From Stegostoma tigrinum (lineage: Eukaryota), in NCBI RefSeq assembly GCF_030684315.1, contig NC_081357.1, positions 26,541,786 to 26,605,785 of the forward strand: 64,000 bases of DNA, given 5' to 3'. The notes beneath the pieces are model-generated. The model searched no databases, was not told the DNA's origin, and saw nothing but the letters and a program-made list of their open reading frames with translations. Shown in pieces: positions 12,326-25,271 of this stretch. The number at the start of each line of letters is the position of its first letter. The first letter of the stretch is position 1. The translations under genes and the position numbers were made by a program.

Positions 12326-13115
12326 AAGTAGATATCTGAGTTGTAAGATAGCTTAAGTGACGCAAATGAAATGGGATAGATGAGTTTTGATTGTGATGAA
12401 AATATCCTGACACAAACACATACAAGCTTCATCTTGATACATTTTAATCAGTTGGCCACAATCTGTGTTTTTTAAAGCAAAATCTCCATCAAGCTCATTC
12501 CTCAAAGAAAAACACAAAGAGTCATAGAGTAATACAGCATGGAAACATGCCTGCCAGCATCAACTGGTCCATGCTGACCATGGTGCCTATTCAGCTAGTT
12601 CCAATTGCTCGCATGTGGTACATATCCATCTAAATACTCCCTATCCATGTACCTATCCAAATGTTTTTCAAATGTTGCGAAGTTACCTCACCCACTTTCT
12701 CTAGCAGCCCATTCATACACGCACCATTCCATGTGAAGAAGTTGTCCTTCTGTTACCTCTTAAATCTTTCCAATCTCACCTTAAACCCAGGCCCTCTAGT
12801 TTTCAAGTCCTCATGTGGGAAAAAGACTATTTGAATTCATCCTATCTGTGCCCCTCATGATTTTATACACCTCAATCAGGTCATCCCTCATTCTCCTATG
12901 TTCTAAGGAATAAAGTCCTATCCTGACCAACCTCTCCCTATAACTCAGGCCTAAAAGTCCTGGCAACATCCTTGTAAATCTTCTTTGCACACTCTGCAGT
13001 TTAACCATGTCTTTCTTATAACAGGGTGATCAAAACTGTACACAATACTCCAAGTGTGGCCTCATCAACAACTTACACAACTGTAACATAGCGTCCCAAC
13101 TCCTAGCTCAATTCC

Positions 13116-13117
<2 letters not shown>

Positions 13118-13184
<67 letters not shown>
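13118..13184. repeat. (CA)n microsatellite, about 33 units
   Basis: Perfect CA run seen directly. Confidence 0.98.
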
Positions 13185-13187
<3 letters not shown>

Positions 13188-13660
13188 TGTTTTATTTTGT
13201 TCAAAAAGCACACAATTTATAAACAGTCAGTTAATGTGGCACTTTATAAATTCCTACTTTAGAAATAAAACCAGTCTGATTCCAAACTAAAACACAGATT
13301 CCAAACAAGGCCTCACACCTAACATGCGTTGGATAATGCATGACCTAAAATGTCACCTCTTCGTTACACTGATAAAACCTTTCGTTCTCTCAGGATCATG
13401 ACTTGAAAGGAATCTGGGGATTTACATGTATATATTAACCAATTAAAACCTTCTAACTAATTAAATATTTAACAGCTCCTTAGGTTTGTTTAATACATCC
13501 TTATCAGTGGTGTGAACTTTTTATCTTTTACTTATAAATTCTGCATCTGATACTTCCTCTCTCACTAACACCTGAAAGAGGACTGAGGCTTCAAAAGCTT
13601 GTTTTTTCAAATAAACCTGTTGACTCTAACCTCATGTCACACGACTTCTAACCTTGTCAA
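13185..13660 (+). mobile_element. 3' part of a second PLE family inserted in CR1
   Basis: Similar to 50590-51068. Ends ttttcaaataaacctgttgactctaacc...accttgtc. CR1 sequence resumes on both sides. Confidence 0.7.
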
Positions 13661-14097
13661 ACGATGAAGGCCGGCATGCTGAATGCCTTCTTCATCACCT
13701 GTCCCCCTGTGATGTCACTTTCAACAAACTATGTACTTGCACTCCTAGGTCCCTCTGTTCCACAACACTCCTCAGGACCTTACCATTTATTGTATAAGTC
13801 CTACCTTGGTTTGACTTTCCAAAGTGCAACACCTCACATTTATCTGTATCGAATTGTATTTGTCAATCCTCAGCCCACTTCGCCATTTGCTCAAGAGTCT
13901 TCTGTAATTTTTGATAACCTTCCCCGCTATCAACAATACTTCCTAATTTTGTATCATCTGCAAACTTACTAATCATGCCTTGTATATTCATATCCAAATC
14001 ATATATGTAAGTAACAAATAACAGAAGTCCCAGCAAGGACCCCGATGGCACACCACGAATCACTGGCCTCCAGTCCGAGAAATGACCTTCAACTATC

Positions 14098-14225
14098 TCC
14101 TGAAGAATGGTCTAGGCCTGAAACGTCAGCTTTCCTTCTTCTATGATGCTGCGTGGCCTGCTGTGTTCATCCAGCTCTACACCTTGTTATCTCAGATTCT
14201 CCAGCATCTGCAGTTCTTACTATCT
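14098..14225 (+). mobile_element. solo PLE pLTR with hammerhead-like core, inserted in CR1
   Basis: ctgaagaatggtctaggcctgaaacgtc at 14100-14127. Near-TSD cttcaactatc (14087-14097) and cttcaaccatc (14226-14236). Confidence 0.85.
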
Positions 14226-15064
14226 CTTCAACCATCACCCTCTGCTTCTACCATTGGGCCAATTTTGAATCTAACTAGCTGGTTTTCCCTGGATCCCATG
14301 TGACCTAACCTTCATGACCAGCCTGCTGTGCAGGACTTTGTCAAAGACCTTACTAAAGTCCATTTAGACAACATCCACTGTACTATCCTCATCTATTCTC
14401 TTGGTTACCTCTTCAAAATACTCTAAAAGATTTGTAGGACATGACTTACCACACACACATCCATGCTGACTATCCCTAATCAGACCTTGACTATCCAAAT
14501 GTTGGTTGATCCTGTCCCTCAGTATCCTCTCCAATAACTTGCCTACCACTGATGTCAGGCTCACTGGCTTGTAGTTCCCTGGCTTGCCTTTGCTGCCTTT
14601 CTTAACAATGGAACAACATTAATCACCCCCCAGTCATTTGGAACTTCGCCAGTGCCTAAAGATGAAGCAAAAACCTCTGCAAGGGCATCTGCCATTTCTT
14701 CCCTGGCCTCCCACAATGTCCAAGAATGGACTTGATCAGGCTCAGGGGATTTACCCACCTTAATGAGCTTTAAGGCTGCAAACACCTCCTCTCTGGTAAT
14801 ATGTATGTGTCTAAAACATCCTCACTTGTTTCCCTTATTTCCTTAGCATTTATGATTCTCTCTTTAGTGTTTTTGAGAAGTGCGCTAGAAATCAAGCCCT
14901 GTTATTCCCAGAGTCTCACCGGTAGATACAAAGTATAGACCAGGATTCTGCACATAACAAAGATTAATAAATACAAGTAGTTATACTCTAGCTACAAGCA
15001 AACAGCTTTAAACCAATGGTATATAACATAACTAATTAAAAGCCTAATCCCCTTATAAATACTC

Positions 15065-15138
15065 CTTTCTCTCTCTCCTCCTCCTCTCCCTCTCCCTCCC
15101 TCCCACTCCCTCTCCCTCACTCCCACTCACTCTCTCTT
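15065..15138. repeat. CT-rich low-complexity tract
   Basis: ctctctcctcctcctctccctctccctccc seen directly. Confidence 0.85.
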
Positions 15139-15689
15139 TGAATTTTCAGTTTAATGTACTTTCAGAGGAACTGAGAATTCGCTCTTTCACTATTTGTTCT
15201 CAAAGTAGAAAAAAAATCAGTTCCTCATCTATTTCTGTGGCTTCCATTTTCAAACAAAGTTCATAAATGATAGTTTTCAAAAACCAAGAAAGCATTTCAG
15301 AATTTTTGTTCACAAGATCTGTTGAGTTGGTTCTTGCTAATTAGAACGTTTCTGCTCATCATTCCTCTGCTGAATGCTTCGATTGGTTTGCAAGAAGAAC
15401 AGGACAGCTGAATCACTTAGAAAGTGTCTCTGACTCATCAATTAAAAATCACAGCTTACAATAACTGCTTACGGAAAGATAAGGTGCCTCCTCTACTCTT
15501 CACTTCAGTTTACCAATTGCTCTGATACATCTGCCTGGTGTCCCTGTGCCTGTGTGTGGATTTTGATGAAATAAATGATAGCCAAAACCATGGGATGGTC
15601 TTCTTGGTGAGCTGTGAGTGCAATGGCAAGGGTTAGTGAGTGCCTGCCCCTTGAATGTGAAGTAGCAGAGAGAAGATGATGGCACTAAC

Positions 15690-15915
15690 CCATGCAGAGC
15701 ACAGAAGATCCTGGACCTTCTTCGTGCACTATTTTTTGTTGTATTTCTCCCAAGTCACTACACTGATGCAGGCCACTATCACAATCCAGGCCGACTAAGT
15801 CTGCAGGCATGGCCTCCTTTGCCTGTCAGCAGGGAAAAGCTCTGCCTTCCTTTCCACCACCCCAACCACGAACACCTCTGTGGACTGTGAACAACCTGAG
15901 ACTTAACCTTCTCAG
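15690..15915 (-). pseudogene. Harbinger transposon Myb/SANT-like gene relic (first coding exon)
   Basis: Minus strand reads TEVFVVGVVERKAELFPADRQRRPCLQT*SAWIVIVACISVVTWEKYNKK*CTKKVQDLLCSA, then a gttagt donor. Trihelix W...C.KK..DL pattern. Confidence 0.65.
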
Positions 15916-15987
15916 CAGGTAACTTGACTTTCTCAGCCATTTCCTTCAGCATATCAGTGCTGCACCAGTTCCTGGCTGACAGTACCT

Positions 15988-16380
15988 GAAGAGCTGAGGG
16001 GTGACCTTGTGGAGATTTATAGAATCATGAGGGGAATTGATAGGGTGAATATCCATGGTCTTTTTCCAAGGGTAGGGGAGTCCAAAACTAGAAGGAACAG
16101 GTTTAAGGTGACAGGGGAAAGATTTAAAAGGGACCCCAGGGGCAACCTTTGCACACAGAGGATGTTGCATGTAGTGAATGAGCTGCCAGAGGAAATGGCG
16201 GAAGTGCTTACAATTACATCATTTAAAAGGCATCTGGATGAAGGCATGAATAGGAAGCGTTGAAAGGGATATGGGCCAAATGCAGGCAAATGGGACTAGA
16301 TCGGGTTAGGATATATAGTTGGCAAGGACAAATTGGACAGAGTGGCCTGTTTCTGTGCTGTATAACCCCATGACTCTAAA
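15988..16380 (+). mobile_element. CR1 3' end
   Basis: ORF 16009..16263 EIYRIMRGIDRV...NELPEE and a typical 3' UTR. Confidence 0.85.
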
Positions 16381-16469
16381 TGGTCCGCAGCTGTGGTTTA
16401 AATATGTTGCCAAGTGTGTGAATGTCACCATCTCTTGGCAAAGGTAAGCACTTCTTACTCTCCTCCCAT

Positions 16470-16700
16470 CTGGAAATAAGAATCTAATGATGACTGGGGA
16501 TCCATTGTCAATTGATGGAAAAGCCCATCTGGCTCACTTGTGTCGTTTAGAGAAGGATACTGCCATCCTTACTTGGTCTGGCCTGCATGTAGCTCCAGAC
16601 CCACAGCAATGTCGCTGACTCACAACTGCCCTCCAGGCAGTTAGGGAATGGGAAATAAATGCTGACTAGCCAGTGATACCCTTATCGCGTTAATGAATTT
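16470..16700 (+). mobile_element. tRNA-SINE 3' part (tail shared with LINE family B)
   Basis: ccatctggctcac...ctccagacccacagcaatg...aaataaatgctg. Same family as 42790-43145. Confidence 0.75.
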
Positions 16701-16875
16701 TAAAGAAGTGATTTCATGGGATGGCACTATAGAGATTGTTTGCATAATTAATAACATGTAGAACAGATGATTGCATGACAAATATAAACAGGGGCCATGA
16801 CTGACCAGGTGCCATGAACCTCACTCAGAAAAAAGTGCTTGGTGCCTGGGTTATGAGCATCATTAGCAGGATGGG

Positions 16876-17545
16876 AGATCGTAGTAACTGCTGATGCTGG
16901 AGTCAGAGATAACACATATGGAACAGAGGAATGCAGCAGGCCTGGCAGCATCAGGGGAGCAAGAAAGCTGATGTTTCGGGTCTGGGCCATTCTTCAGAAA
17001 TGGGGGAGGGGAAGGGGGCTCTGAAACAAATAGACAAAGGGGGCGCAGTGATAGAAGGTGGATAGTGGAGCAGATAGGCGGGAGAGAAGACAGACAGGTC
17101 AAGGAGGCGGGGATGAAGCTAGTAATAGTGAGCGTAGGTAGAAAGTGGGGGTGGGGGCTGGTCAGTGAGGTGGGAGGAGCGGATAGGTGGGAGAGAAGAT
17201 GGACAGGTCAAGGAGGTGAGGATCAGAGAGCTGGTTTTGGGGTGAGGTCGGGTTGGGGAGAATTTGAAGCTCGTAAAGTCCACATTGAGACCATTGGGTT
17301 GTAGGGTTCCAAGGCAGAATATGAGGTGCTGTTCCTCCAGTTTCCAGGTGGCATTGTTGTGATGCTGGAGGAGGCCTAGGATGCACATGTCATCCAGGAA
17401 ATGGGAGGGGGAATCGAAGTGATTCATGACTTGGAGGTGTTGTCGTTTGTCACAAACCAAGCGTAGGTGCTCCACAAAGCAGTCTCTGAGCATCCGTATG
17501 GTTTCCCCGATATAGTAGAGGCCACATCAGGAACAGCGGATAACC
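16876..17545 (-). mobile_element. Penelope-like element, 3' part
   Basis: ORF 17119..17493 (FVEHLR...KLEEQHLIFCLGTLQPNGLN) plus a pLTR at about 16876-17000. Confidence 0.88.
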
Positions 17546-17676
17546 TCAGGTCATAGAGATGATTCTTGCAAATCTGGGATCTACAATGCCTGAGATATAT
17601 TATTTGAAAGAGTTCTGTGTAGATAAATCAAAATTTGTAGCAACATTGATCAGACAAAGAAAAAAGCCTGTGAATT

Positions 17677-18170
17677 TAGAACATAGAACATAGAACATTA
17701 CAGCATAGTACGGGCCCTTCGGCCCTCGATGTTTTGCCGACCTGTCATACCGCTCTCAAGCCCATCTAACTTACACTATTCCATGTACGTCCATATGCTT
17801 GTCCAATGATGACTTAAATGTACCTAAAGTTGGCGAATCTACTACCGTTGTATAAAACCATTCTTAGTTATCTACTGTACAATGTATAAAGCATGACAGC
17901 CAGAAATGGATGTAGTATTCCAGTTGATGTCAAACCAGTGTTTTATAACAGTTAACATTCATTTCCTTGCTCTGTACTTTATGCCCCTGTTGACAAAGCC
18001 TAGGACACTGCACACCTTAACTGCATACTCAACACACCCACCCAAGTACCTCTGCTTTTGCACCCCCTTTAAAATTGTACCTTCTAATATTGTCCCTCCA
18101 TGTTCTTCCAATCAAATTGAAATGTTTCACACTTTTTGGCTTTGAATCTCATCTGCTGCAACAGTCAGCC
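17677..18170 (-). mobile_element. young CR1 3' tip [(tagaaca)3 tail] abutting an older CR1 fragment
   Basis: tagaacatagaacatagaacattacagc...ggcccttcggccctcgatg. Confidence 0.75.
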
Positions 18171-18329
18171 CATTGTACTAAATCTTCCATGGAAGCATTT
18201 AAAAGTGATTGAAATCTCAGCCTTGTATTTGGTGTAAGATCTGTTGTTTGTACTTCAGTTTATACATTTCTCTCCTGTAAACTTTTTAGTTCAAGATACT
18301 GGATTGCTCACACCATGTTAGCCTTGATC

Positions 18330-18690
18330 CAGATGGGAACAGCTGTGCCTAGAGTCACAGGTTTGAGATGCAGGTCTCACTCCAGTACCTGAGGATGACA
18401 CTCCAGTGTAGTACTGAGGGAGTGCAGCACAGTTCAAAGTGTTGTCTTGTTTGAAACTTTGAACCGAGGCTGCATCTGGTGCCTTGGTGAGTCTAAAAGA
18501 TCTTTCGGCATTATTTACAAGTTTTCTTTTCCAAAATACACTCCAGGAAAATTGAAATTCCTCTGTCAATGCTCAATTGACAAAGGCGAGGATCAAAAAA
18601 AAATTGCCACCTACAACGATCAGCAATTATAGCTGTTGCACATTAATGCCAGTATCTGATTACAGTAAAAGTTATTTTGTTCACCTAACC
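18330..18690 (+). mobile_element. Deu-domain SINE (SacSINE1/AmnSINE-like)
   Basis: cagtgtagtactgagggagtgcagcac...aaccgaggc resembles the Deu core as I recall it. Confidence 0.65.
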
Positions 18691-20896
18691 AGTTCTAAAC
18701 AAATGCAGAAATGTGGTCAGCAGAATTTTATCTGTATGTTTACAGGGCTCACATTTTTAAAACTAGCTGATGCACAGCAAGAGCACCATCCACTGGTTGC
18801 TTGGAGCAATACTAATCATTCCCAAGGCCCAGACTAGTGCCTTTACAGAGACCTTCGCTATCGAAGCAAAAATGCTTGAAGATGTCCAAAATTCTAAGTT
18901 GTGCCTATGAACCTTGCAGTACCCATTTTTCTGGGGGCAGACTGTAGTTCATTGCATATTTCACAGAGTGGCTAGCTAGCTAAGTGATCAGCGGCTTCCA
19001 CTGAAATCTGATTCTGGAGTTGCTGGTGTTTGCAATCCATAATGCAGGGTCCAGATCGATTCTCGGTGTATCTCTTTTGGATATCCAGCCCTTCGGAGAA
19101 CTGAGATAGTCCTGTGGGTAAGGTCTCAAGACACCTAGCTGGTGCCAGGATCAGGAATCCTTTTCTTTGGGGGGTGTGTGGTGGTGGTAGTTTTATAACC
19201 TTTGGAAGTAGTGATGAAGGTGTGGGTCAGGGATCATTGAAGGTATGTCACATGTTCTTTGGATTTGTTAACTGTGGGGAAGATTGTGCATGAACAATGC
19301 TTAGAATTGCTAGAACTGTCAATGTGTCAAGGAGTTTTATGCAGTGTTGACCAGTCAAGAAATGTTAAGGGACATTAACCTGTCAAAAATTGTTCATTTG
19401 TCAAGAAGTGTCATCACCACTTAAAGTCTGTTTAATGAATGACAGTGCTTTTCTTAATAGTGTAGTCTGCAGTATAGAACATCATGTAACAGAACTTTAT
19501 TAGTTCCTCTGAGTGCATGTGTCACTGTAGATACTAGGTGAGTTGGTACGGTAGGTGAGAGGAAAAGAGTTGTATGTGGAATTAGGCACAAAGTTAGCTT
19601 AGGGAGTATGATTGCGTCATGAGAAATGATGAAAATAGATGAGAGAAATATAGGAGTATGATGTGCCCAGGAGTCTAGATGACATTCGTTCACATTGATG
19701 GGGCCTGGAGATGTGTGGGATGTGAAGTTTGGAGAAACATTTCATAATTTGTTCTTTGCTGGATCGCTGAGGCAGATCTTCTGCCTTGGGAACTGGCAGT
19801 TTACTTAGTTCTTCCCAGACTACTGGAAGACTCCAATCTAGCCCATTACTCATTCCTATCCTATCACCAACCCATCCCATAATCAAAAGTGGGAGGGGTA
19901 GGAGGCAATTTTTAAAGCTCATGGAGTGTGGAACAAAAATCAGGGCCTAAGCATCTAGGCAAATTATGAATGTATACACCAATTGCTCTCAACATATAAT
20001 AATTATCTGATTTTTAATAAGTTTGGATTGCATGCAAAATAATACTTTTCATGGTACATGTGACAATAATAAACCAAATCAAATCAGATCAAATTTTACA
20101 AGATCCTGGACTTTTTGATATTGTTTTCCCTAGGAAGGAGTTGGAAGGAAAGAGTTAACAGTATTGTTAGAATTTTAAAGATGAGTGCATGAAATTGGTT
20201 TTGGGTAGTAGCGTAAAACAAGTAATAACAAATGAATAAATGTTTTACACTCCACCGGGCTTGCCTAAATAAAATAAGGACTAAATAAATGATGATAATT
20301 TTAGCAAGAAAATAAAACTGTATACAATTCACAATAATCATATTTATATGACAAAACCTAGAGATAACTAATAATGCCACTCACCACATGAAAGTGTATA
20401 TTGAAACTACAACAAAGAATATAGCATGAAGTAGAAATGTAATGCATACAATACATTATTTTAGTTAAGCACTTCTGCGTAAGACTATGCTATCGATAAT
20501 CAAAGATCAGCATTAGGCTGATAATTGTCCACATAAACATTAGGTGGCCTATAGTAACCCTATTATACCACACATTGGAATAGAATTACATCTTGAATAA
20601 GGAAATAGGGAGATAAATAAATTACTTTGTTCACATCTTCACAGTGAATATCTTTTATAAATGATTACTGAAGTAGTGTATAAACAATTTTCAGCTTATG
20701 TTCTGTATCTGCCACGTCACCAAATTCAAGCTCCATTGGGTCGAATACGGTCTCTTAACACCAAATTTCAGTTCTGAAATTAATTGTAATTTCATGATTG
20801 ATTCATGCAGATACTGGATCATAATTCATGGTCAGAAATATTGCAAAAAAACTCAGTGATGCTGTACAAAGTCTTAGATCTATTTCCAATCAACTT

Positions 20897-21177
20897 GTTC
20901 AGAGATGTTATTACACACCCTCTGACGCAGGTAGGATATCCAGGCCTTCTGGCCCAGAGTTAGGGACAGTACAAGTGCACCACAAGAGCCCAAATCAGAA
21001 ATTCACAATGGGCATGCATACTTTCAAGACAAGAATCCCTTAACTTTCTGGAGGTTTAGATTTATTTTTAAATCAACGTGTTCAGAGACACGATTACACT
21101 CTTCTGTAGCACATGGGGCTTGAAAGCAGACCACTTGGCGTGGAGGTAGGGACATTACCACAGCACCACAAAAGCCC
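20897..21177 (-). mobile_element. two tandem copies (about 95 bp each) of a tailless tRNA-derived head
   Basis: gttcagaga...caccacaagagccc (20897-20991) and gttcagaga...caccacaaaagccc (21079-21177). Confidence 0.65.
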
Positions 21178-21971
21178 TGCTTTGTGCAAACGTTTATGCT
21201 ATGACTATTATGCTAGTATATTCAGTTTGTGGGACCCGTCCTCCCATTCAAACCTGTCAACTGGATCATGATTGATCTGTGCCACAGCTTCACCCTTAAC
21301 TGCTTTTAATCCATCTCCTGTGGGATGTTTATCAATCAGTCCTAGTCTTGAATACTTCAACCCACAGACTTTTGGCGTACAAGTTCTAGATAAACATTGA
21401 ACTACAGCACAGCAGGGATAGATGAATTAACTTAATTTTAATTCCCAGTGATATTGTTGTTATTTGTAAAGTCAGATGGATTCTTTCGTTAAATTGAATC
21501 AAGTCATATATTCCCTGGTGTGCATTTTCAACTAGGTCTCAGATATTTCCAGGTTTTTGTAGATTCATATGGTTTATAATAGTTATGAATATTTACATGG
21601 TACAGGAACAAATGATAATCCTGCAATGATTATACAGTAACTCAAAAATGTAACAACAATTTGCATATTCAAAATAATAATACAACCCAAGGCATTTCAA
21701 AGGGCTGCTATCAAACAAGATTTGACACCAAGCCCTGTAAGAAGACAGTAGGAACTTGAAGAAAGTAAACTTTGCAGGGCTGCAGGGACTTATAGAAGAA
21801 CAGAAGAGCTGTAAAGAGAACCAACAATCCAGTAAGTGCGTGAAGCAATAATAAAATTACAACTTATTTCAGAGCTGAAATTCAGTATTTAGAGACCATG
21901 TTCAATTCTATGGAGCTTGATTTTGATGATGTAGCAGGTAACAGAGCACAAGCTGAAAATTCTTTATTCAC

Positions 21972-22830
21972 CACTTCACTGGAACACCAGGACAAGTCAA
22001 GGACAGAAATGTTAGCATGTGAACAAGATTGATCTTTCTATCGAAATAGAAAGCAGCTAAAAGGTTGGGATAATTCCTATGGATACAATGGAGATGCTCT
22101 GCAAAGCAATTAGCCAGTCTGCATTTCATGTTGCTAATGTAAAGGAGACCACCTCGGTCAATGCAAGCTGGAGGAACAGCACCTCATTCTCCACTGAGGC
22201 ACTTTAGAGCCTCTAGGGTTCAATATTGAGTTCGACAACTTCAGTGTATGACCTCTGAACTTTATATTCCTCCATTCTTCCCTGTCCATGTTTTGTTTGT
22301 ATCAGAGATAATAGGAACTGCAGATGCTGGAAAATCCGACATAACAAGGTGTAGAGTTGGATGAACACAGCAGGCCAAGCAGCATCATAGGAGCAGGAAG
22401 GCTGACATTTCGGGCCTAGACCCATGATGAAGGGTCTAGGCCCGAAACGTCAGCCTTCCTGCTGCTATGATGCTGTTTGGCCTGCTGTGTTCATCCAACT
22501 CTACACCTTGTTATTTCTCATGTTTTGTTTGTGTCTTGTTGACTCTGCTTTCAACAGAGTGGGCCCATTTTTCCTTATCTCAGCTAACATTTTACACCCA
22601 TGTACTGCCTCTCCTTTACTACCATTAGCACTCTCTTTATCTTTGCTCTGGGCACCCTCACAATCTATCTCATTTTCTCCTCTCCTCTGTCTACAGCCTA
22701 AAATCAAATATTTTCTAGCTCCTTTCAGTTCTAAAGAAGAGACATTCTTGGCTTTAAATTTTAATTCTGCTTGATTCTCCACAGATGTTGCCAAACTTGC
22801 TGAGTTTCTCCAGCACTTTCTGTTCTCATT
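21972..22830 (+). mobile_element. old PLE 3' part with inverted 5' segment (about 21972-22153)
   Basis: Minus segment GLLYISNMKCRLANCFAEHL...HANISVLDLSWCSSE. Plus segment QCKLEEQHLI. pLTR remnant at about 22730-22830. Confidence 0.7.
22301..22518. mobile_element. self-inverted PLE pLTR dimer (hairpin), 14-bp TSD
   Basis: Arms 22341-22423 and 22432-22514 are near-perfect reverse complements. TSD catgttttgtttgt at 22287-22300 and 22519-22532. Confidence 0.9.
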
Positions 22831-23179
22831 ATTACATGTAGCATGGGAATTTAATAACTCTCACCTGCTTCATCTTCCAAACTATGAAGCCTCCCTGTCT
22901 TCTGTGCTTTTTACTCACTCACTGGGGACAATTTACTATCTTTCCTGCTCCTGCATCATTACCAACTGCTCTTCCATCTGTTTCTGTTGTACTCAATTCC
23001 TCCCATATGAACAATGAACAATAGTAGGCCACTCAGCCCTTCAACCTCGCTCCACCATTCAGTGAGATCATGGTTGATTTTAACCTCAACTCTACATTCC
23101 TATATATCTTTGATAATCTTACATCCCCTATGGTAGCCAAGAATCTTGGAATAAATTTTAAGAAGGCCTTTGTGTTATT

Positions 23180-24250
23180 GCAGGATAAATGTCATTTAAC
23201 TGGGTCAAGAGGGCTGAGTTCAACAGTGCAGTGGTGGACATTAAGTTCTTCATCCAATGTGAGGAAAACATGCTGGAGCTGAGTGGAGAAGACAGTGACC
23301 ACCTATGTGACAACATAGATATCCATGAGAGAACCAGTGAGGCCCCCTGTGCTGTATCCTGTTAATGCCAGATACTTATTTTTATTCTGAACAAACCTTT
23401 ACTCTTTTTTCACAACTTATTCCCTCTTTTCTCCTATGCTGATAATATATGGGACACAGTGGCCTCAATGACATAGAAGCCAATGCCAGAAACACTGCCA
23501 TCAACTTCCACCTCTGAGGAGGAAGCACCCTCTACCAGTTCAGAGACTTTCATCTCACTGCTTTTTTTGTCTGTAAGATTCTATCTGAGCCAGTCACAGT
23601 CATCAGTGAGCATGTCACAGGCATATCTCTGCAGCTGGTTGAGGCAGGAATGCTCCTGGTCACTGGTCTGCCAGAGGATTGCCAGAGATCAGGCATTTGC
23701 TCAGCCTCAGGCAGATGTTTCAAACGGTCTCAGCCATTACTAATATTGTGAAACTGTACAGACAGTCTCAGCAATAGCTGGCAAGTTTGTCAGAGACAGT
23801 TGACAAACTTAATTAAGTCTGAATGCTTGTTCTGAAAACCCAGGTCCACAACACTCGGTTCATGTTAGATATGTGCAGAGGTCGGCACTCCATCACCTAG
23901 CCATAGGTACTGAGCATTGATGGCAAGGAGAGAAGGGGGATGATTGACCTTGACATCTTTGCAGGGGGCCTTCATCACATAGAGACAGTTTGTGCCCCCA
24001 GACAGAGGAGGTGCTACACAAAAACACCTGAGAACCTTCCTCTCAGGACATGCCAGAACTGCCAGGACCCTTTATATCTGCACAGCCTGTGATGCTGATG
24101 CCTGCAGGTCCAAGCCAAGGACGGTGAGCATCCAGCTAGGTAGGATATTCTCTCAGGCTGCGTCCTCAACAGCTAGCTTCCTCCATTCCAACTATGGGCC
24201 ACAGGACTGCATTTAGACATAATAGGAGGACAAGGAAGACAAAGATGTTT
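23180..24250 (+). pseudogene. Harbinger Myb-like gene relic (downstream exons)
   Basis: After ttgcag, a frameshifted KMSFNWVKRAEFNSAVVDIKFFIQCEENMLELSGED parallels the 63225 copy (KKTAHNRVQKGWMGGGMPDIRL). Followed by a Ser/Thr/Glu-rich segment. Confidence 0.5.
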
Positions 24251-24998
24251 TCCTGCACATAGATGGCACATGTGACTTTTCATTACCAATATTCCAGCAC
24301 TTTTGCAACACATTAATGTTCACTGGCATTCCTGAAATATATGCTCTAGTTTCTTTGTAGTTGTAGGACCTAGGGGAAGGTGTGAGCATCCTCTCTAGAT
24401 ATTCCCAGAATGAAAGCAGTTACAATTATCAAACATTGTCCGTTTCTCACAAACAGCTAACTCCTTGACTGCAGATAGCACCAGACATCAGGGAGCCTTG
24501 GACCATCAAAGTGCTGCTGTCAAATGGACACTACAATGAGGCTACAAGCAATGTTCCCAGATTGTGATAGGGGCTGTCCAGCAGGGCTGATCTACACCCG
24601 ATGAGTGAGAGAATGCAATCAGACATGATTCTGTATATCCCCCCATTCTATCTTTCAGCTTCCATTAAAGGAACATACTAACATTCAAGGCTGGCAAATG
24701 TATATGGGAAATTCACATCTCTATGTTCACGCATAGCTCAGTGCCTGCTTAAAGAAGCTGCACAAAGGGTTGCCTCTCTCATATCAAATGCTTCCCCACA
24801 GGATGCTCAAGCATTTCAGCACAACATACTGTTCTATGCAAACTCTGAAACACTGAAGACCAACTGATGATGGAGGAGTGAAAAGGAAATTCTGAACAAT
24901 TGCTCACAACTGGCTGCCAATCATGAAGAGCTCCACTACACAGCACTCAGATTCCATGTGCTGTCAGAAGCCTTCAAAACCATATGACATCAGGGCTA

Positions 24999-25271
24999 AC
25001 AAAAAAAAATTGCTGGAAAAGCTCAGCTGGTCTGGCAGCATCGGCGAAGGAAAGAACAGAGTTGATGTTTGGGGTCCAGTGACCCTTTCTCAGAACTGAT
25101 CGTGGCTACTGACGTTTTCCCAGCTACCATCAGTTCTGAGGAAGGGTCACTGGACCCAAAACGTTAGCTCTGTTTTTATCTTTGCAGATGCTGCAAGACC
25201 CACTGGGATTTTTCCAGCAAATTTATTTTTGTTCCTGATTTACAGCATCTGTAGTTCTTTTGGTTTTTATT
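24999..25271. mobile_element. self-inverted pLTR hairpin of another PLE family, 14-bp TSD (1 mismatch)
   Basis: Arms at about 25000-25110 and 25122-25233. TSD tgacatcagggcta (24985-24998) and tgacatcagtgcta (25272-25285). Confidence 0.85.

Larger units (their letters stand above)
12515..14870 (-). mobile_element. CR1 LINE (RT to 3' end) carrying two nested PLE insertions
   Basis: ORFs 14561..14785, 14364..14564 (SLTSVVGKLLE...DSQHG), 13863..14063 (GVPSGSLLG...SKFADDTK) and 12811..13008 (VQRRFTRMLPG). Confidence 0.9.

Noticed and set aside
20690-20780. Possible antisense (+) exon after tttcag
   Set aside because: No donor site or homology support.
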